Origin: Patescibacteria group bacterium
Lineage (GTDB): Bacteria; Patescibacteriota; Patescibacteriia; 2-02-FULL-49-11
Direction: 5' to 3'
Length of the DNA: 64,000 bases
NCBI GenBank assembly: GCA_041645165.1
Contig: JBAZQN010000012.1
Span: 636 to 64,635 of the forward strand
The number at the start of each line of letters is the position of its first letter. Positions within the stretch are counted from its first letter, which is position 1. The translations under genes were made by a program, and so were the position numbers. The notes beneath the pieces were generated by a model. The model saw nothing but the letters and a program-made list of their open reading frames with translations. It made no database searches and was not told the origin of the DNA. Below are positions 59,974-64,000 of the stretch, one piece after another.

Positions 59974-60347
59974 TTGTAAATCCTCCTAAAGAGAGTTTTT
60001 TGCCGAGAGTAAGGTCTCGGCGCCTATTCTGAATAGTTGTCTACAACGAGCGGAGAAAGCGAGATGATGAGAAGCTGGAAGTTGGAAGCTGGAATTTAGC
60101 AAATGAAATATTCTAGCTTCTAGATTCTATCTTCTAACTTCTTCCGATCTTGTCCTCTCTGCTCGCTGCGACAATGACGCGGATGTACGCGGAACGTCAC
60201 GCTTGGCTAGATCGCGGATATACGCGGATGTGTATCTGCGTTGATCCGCGTTTTGATCTGCGTTAATCCGCGATTAGTTGGTTGGCGGTCTGTGGGGCTT
60301 TTTGACGGTGGAATATCGCTATGGTACGATATATACATATTATTTAT

Positions 60348-60641
60348 ATGTTCCCTATGGCAGATTACGATGAAAAGCCAATAACATATAAGACACTCGA
60401 GGGCTACATGGACAAAGTGGCTTATCCACGCGTGAGGGGGATTATCCGTGAAGAGGTAGGACGGGATACGGATAAGATTCTCACCAGCAATGACCGATTG
60501 GCTAAAAAGCTCGACCGGATTCTCACGGAACAGCAGGCTATTACCGTGAACTACAAACGGGTGGACCAGCGCGTCGAGTACCTAGAATTGTTTTCAGCGC
60601 AGGTCGCGCAGAAGCTCGGGCTTGCGTTTGAGCGGATGTAA
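60348..60641 (+). CDS. Small coiled-coil hypothetical protein
   Basis: ILTSNDRLAKKLDRILTEQ...RVEYLE. Confidence 0.75.
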   Translation: MFPMADYDEKPITYKTLEGYMDKVAYPRVRGIIREEVGRDTDKILTSNDRLAKKLDRILTEQQAITVNYKRVDQRVEYLELFSAQVAQKLGLAFERM

Positions 60642-61165
60642 TGATTGTCGGAGACCAGCTCCGACGCTACCAATCAATTCCCACAGATCGCCAACCAAGG
60701 TGATCTGTTTATTTTTGAATTTTCAACGAACGTTCCGCTTGGTAACTCCTCCTTGCTTCCTCCTCTTAAGGTAAGAGGAGGTGAGGTGGAGTTATGTGGA
60801 TCGTGATCTCTGATCCGGAGAGAATGAGGGGAGAGACTTCCCGCGAAGCGGGAAACCCGCATCCCATCCGGATCAGAGAGAACGAAGTCCTTTATCTTAA
60901 CAAAAATACCCTCTTTGTCGAGAGGGCCGGCGGTAACAGTTAAACAGTTTAGCAGCCTGACAATTTGTCAGTGTAGCAGTTTAACAGTTCGTGCTGATTC
61001 CGGTCTCTCTCGGAATTGTTTTGGCCAAGTCTCTCGATTGGCGCTTGTATCGCGGACTGACGCGGAACGTCACGCTTGGGCTTCTCGCGGAATTACGCGG
61101 AAAAGTGTCTGCGTGGGTCTGCGTTTAGTCAGCGAATGTCTGCGATTTTTCAAAGTTAACAGGCC

Positions 61166-61193
61166 ATTATAGCGCAGCCGCAGGATTTGTCAA
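61166..61193 (-). promoter_or_regulatory. Consensus sigma70 promoter facing the 58.7-61.1 kb region
   Basis: Minus strand TTGACA-aatcctgcggctgcgc-TATAAT. Confidence 0.65.
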
Positions 61194-61240
61194 GGGCCTA
61201 AGGGGCATGGTAGGATAATATGCAGATAACCCTTGATTTT

Positions 61241-61507
61241 ATGGCTATAAAACAAGAACCTATAAATTATCATGTGATTTTTCGCCCTGAATCAGAGGGC
61301 GGATATACGGTTATGGTGCCGGCATTGCCCGGATGCGTCACCTATGGGAAAGACTTGGCGGAAGCGAGAGAAATGGCCCATGATGCCATCAGCGCGTATC
61401 TCGTGAGCCTGCGGAAACACGGTGAAGTAATCCCTACTGATGAGCAGTCATTTATTAGCAATGTGAGGATTCTCAAACCCAGAGTTCGGCAGAAAACCTA
61501 TGCCTAA
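61241..61507 (+). CDS. hicB: HicB-family antitoxin
   Basis: EGGYTVMVPALPGCVTYGKDLAEAREMAHDAI. Confidence 0.93.
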   Translation: MAIKQEPINYHVIFRPESEGGYTVMVPALPGCVTYGKDLAEAREMAHDAISAYLVSLRKHGEVIPTDEQSFISNVRILKPRVRQKTYA

Positions 61508-61718
61508 ATTTGCCCAAGTAAGACCTCGGGAATTGGTAAGCGCTTTTGAGAAATTGGGCTTTTATGTGGATCATCAGACCGGGTCGCACGCGGTGCTGTA
61601 TAGGGATTCCGACCAGAAAAGAGCGGTCATTCCCCTTCATACGAGAGTAATTCCGCGCGGCACTTTCACGGCAATTCTCCGCGAAGCAGGGGTAAGGAGA
61701 GAAGATATCGTATTATAG
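61500..61718 (+). CDS. hicA: HicA-family toxin
   Basis: KLGFYVDHQTGSH, VIPLH, GTFTAILREAG. Confidence 0.93.
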   Translation: MPKFAQVRPRELVSAFEKLGFYVDHQTGSHAVLYRDSDQKRAVIPLHTRVIPRGTFTAILREAGVRREDIVL

Positions 61719-62598
61719 GGTATTTGAATAGCACGTCGCAGGCCCGTATGAGGGCTTTTTTATTTTAAGCTCTTGACAACTTCATAATTGATATGTTAGG
61801 GTGCACCTTCCCTTCAATATTAAGATTCACGTATAAATAGTCTGTATAGGTCTGCGATATGCGTGAAATGTAAATTTTGTAGGGGCGTGGAGCACCAACA
61901 GACGAATTGCAGCTTAAAGAACCGGAAGGGCTTGAAAAAGCCCAGAGAGGAAGCACAAGGAGGCATAAGGTATCGCTCCACCACGATTTTGGCAGGAGCG
62001 TTTTTTGTTGTAACTGACTTGGAATTTTCGATGTTTATCCACCCTATCATTTCTATCCGTCTTATTAGTTTTATCCAACTTATCAAAACATAACCATTTA
62101 ACCATGTAGCCATTTAATAACAGTCCGATTCCCGCCGTCTTTCCGGACGGCAATAGGTGACCCGAAGACAATCGCGATCTGCTCCACAGTTGCGGTTTGC
62201 TCGCCGGCAGTATCACCTATTGCTATCTGGGATGACAAAGAGTGTACATTGAAAATTTAAATACCAATACATGCCTCGACTGGCGCGCCTTGGGCAGAAT
62301 CCTCAAAAAGTTCCTCTCCCTAGTAAGGGAGAGGTGTAGGTGAGGGTGTACAACAATTTAACAGTTTAACAGTGTAGCAATTTAACCATGTAGCATTGCA
62401 TCAATGTAGCAGTTTAACAATTCACCAAGGGTTTCCTCCCAGCGTGCGTCAGTCATGAGGCAATTAAAAAACCAAAAATAGCCGGTTGGACTTGCCCCGT
62501 AGTGAAACGAAGTTTCTACTACTGGGGTGTGCAATTCCGGCAGAACTTCCTCCTTCAAAACCAATAGAGGGAAGAAAAACATCATGGAGGTACGCATA

Positions 62599-63726
62599 AT
62601 GCGAACACTCACATGCGCCACGTTGGCGCTCGTAATCATTGCGTCATTGGCCGCCCCCGCCATGGCGCAACAATCGGCGTGGAAACACGTCGGGGGTGCT
62701 CCCTATACTGGGAAGGATTCGGTGGCAATTTGGTCCGCCCCGAACACCTCTTCCTCAGTGAAGGCCCATCTCTGGGACCAGTGGGCTGCAGGGAGCAAAA
62801 AAAAGATCTCGGTCCCACGGGGTTCTATCCTCGCCGCCGTCAATAATCGAGGCGGCTGGACCCTTCGCAACGTTCGTTGCGAGTGGGAAACCCCGGAACG
62901 TTTTCCTTCTTTGCCGGCCTATGAGGTCAGCTGGCAGGAAGGTGCCGTTCTTTACAAGGTCGGCAAATTTTCCCGCGACCTCAACCGCTTAAATTGCGGG
63001 AACTGGTACGTCATCGTGTCATACCAGCGCCCGCAGCCATCTGCGCAACGCCCTACTCAACCCGTCACAGCCTTACCAACCTACGTCATAAATAATTATG
63101 GTGGGATTGTGGTAACAGGAAATAACAACACCGTGACGGTGTCTGGAAGTCAGCCTTCCTTACTAAACGAGCAACACACCCGCACCACCCAACGCGGGAC
63201 CACAGTCGGTGATGGTAAAAAGAACTGGGGAATTGCCCCCACCCTGACCTACAATCGGATGGGATTTTCCGATGGACGATCGTCCGATTATGTAGGTATC
63301 GGTGGTACTATCTACTACCGCCATCTCTTTGCTTTTGCTAATGGCGGTATTGGTGGGCGGAACACCGGGTATCCCACAACCCAAAACGAGGGCTGGCAAG
63401 CAGGTCTCGGCGTTGAAATCCAACAGCTTTTCGGGCTGGAAGATGATACCGAATCTCGGTTTCCCATCCGTTTTGGTCCCGTTCTCGGATTTACCCATTT
63501 TGGTGAGGCCCTGAAAGAGTCAAGCCAACAGTTGGGTTTTACTCGTGGGCAATATGCGCTTGATTTTGATGCCTTTGCAATGGGGTTACAGGTAGATTTA
63601 TTTAACATAATAACCTTAACTGCAAACTATTGTATTGGTGAACGCGATTTGCCGTTTCAAAATGACTTAAACACTGTTTCCGGCCTACAAGTTACTGTAG
63701 GTTTGAAACACACTTTTCACTTTTAA
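62599..63726 (+). CDS. Secreted protein with beta-barrel-like C-terminal domain
   Basis: Signal peptide AMA|QQ; GGAGG upstream; amphipathic strands ending GLQVTVGLKHTFHF. Confidence 0.75.
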   Translation: MRTLTCATLALVIIASLAAPAMAQQSAWKHVGGAPYTGKDSVAIWSAPNTSSSVKAHLWDQWAAGSKKKISVPRGSILAAVNNRGGWTLRNVRCEWETPERFPSLPAYEVSWQEGAVLYKVGKFSRDLNRLNCGNWYVIVSYQRPQPSAQRPTQPVTALPTYVINNYGGIVVTGNNNTVTVSGSQPSLLNEQHTRTTQRGTTVGDGKKNWGIAPTLTYNRMGFSDGRSSDYVGIGGTIYYRHLFAFANGGIGGRNTGYPTTQNEGWQAGLGVEIQQLFGLEDDTESRFPIRFGPVLGFTHFGEALKESSQQLGFTRGQYALDFDAFAMGLQVDLFNIITLTANYCIGERDLPFQNDLNTVSGLQVTVGLKHTFHF

Positions 63727-63742
63727 AAAAGTAGGTGACTAA

Positions 63743-64000
63743 ATGAAAACAAAAATCATTGCAGTCCTCGTACTGCTCGTAATTGCGGCGTTGCTGGGCT
63801 CTTGCACCCGCAACGCCCCGGACTTAATTATGAGTCCAAAAATCCAGACTGTTGATAACATTAATCAGCACCTTAAGTTGGAAGTCTGGGCTCATACCGG
63901 TTCCGGTGTCGTGCAAGATGCTACTGTTTCATTAAATGAGCGGCTAATCGGAAGTAAGCTGCCCGTGAAATTTGATACAACCTCGAGTCCAGGTAAATAT
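63743..64000 (+). CDS. Putative lipoprotein (3'-truncated by window edge)
   Basis: MKTKIIAVLVLLVIAALLGSC lipobox; frame open to the window end. Confidence 0.7.
   Translation, partial: MKTKIIAVLVLLVIAALLGSCTRNAPDLIMSPKIQTVDNINQHLKLEVWAHTGSGVVQDATVSLNERLIGSKLPVKFDTTSSPGKY

Noticed and set aside
46732-64000. Prophage or integrative element at tRNA-Asp
   Set aside because: No integrase, phage structural or replication gene, and no duplicated tRNA 3' end seen in the window

Overview
The window looks like chromosome from a Patescibacteria (CPR) bacterium using genetic code 11; this assignment is inferred from gene content and style (DUF5663-like genes, near-leaderless starts, no biosynthetic genes). 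Bases 1-46.7 kb are mostly housekeeping: rpoB-rpoC, ftsK, recA, efp, rpsR-ssb-rpsF, ychF, xseAB, a pilus ATPase and pilin, rlmD-like, era, dsbA, rpiB-rpe-pfkB, trxB, lgt and tRNA-Asp. An accessory region follows tRNA-Asp, with unknown membrane/secreted proteins and three toxin-antitoxin pairs. Nearly every intergenic gap holds short palindromic repeats, often nested inside one another and sometimes inside coding frames. Main candidates for new biology: (1) a ~235-nt structured element in two copies, with fixed stems and unrelated loop sequences, ending exactly on a start codon; (2) two [DUF5663-like gene + large protein] pairs whose large proteins share a 54-aa amyloid/beta-solenoid-like motif; (3) a cobalamin riboswitch ahead of a transcobalamin-like surface protein; (4) an unassigned ~335-nt structured RNA; (5) a secreted lipase followed by an array of paralogous immunity-like membrane genes. 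All family calls come from reading motifs by eye; no searches were run.
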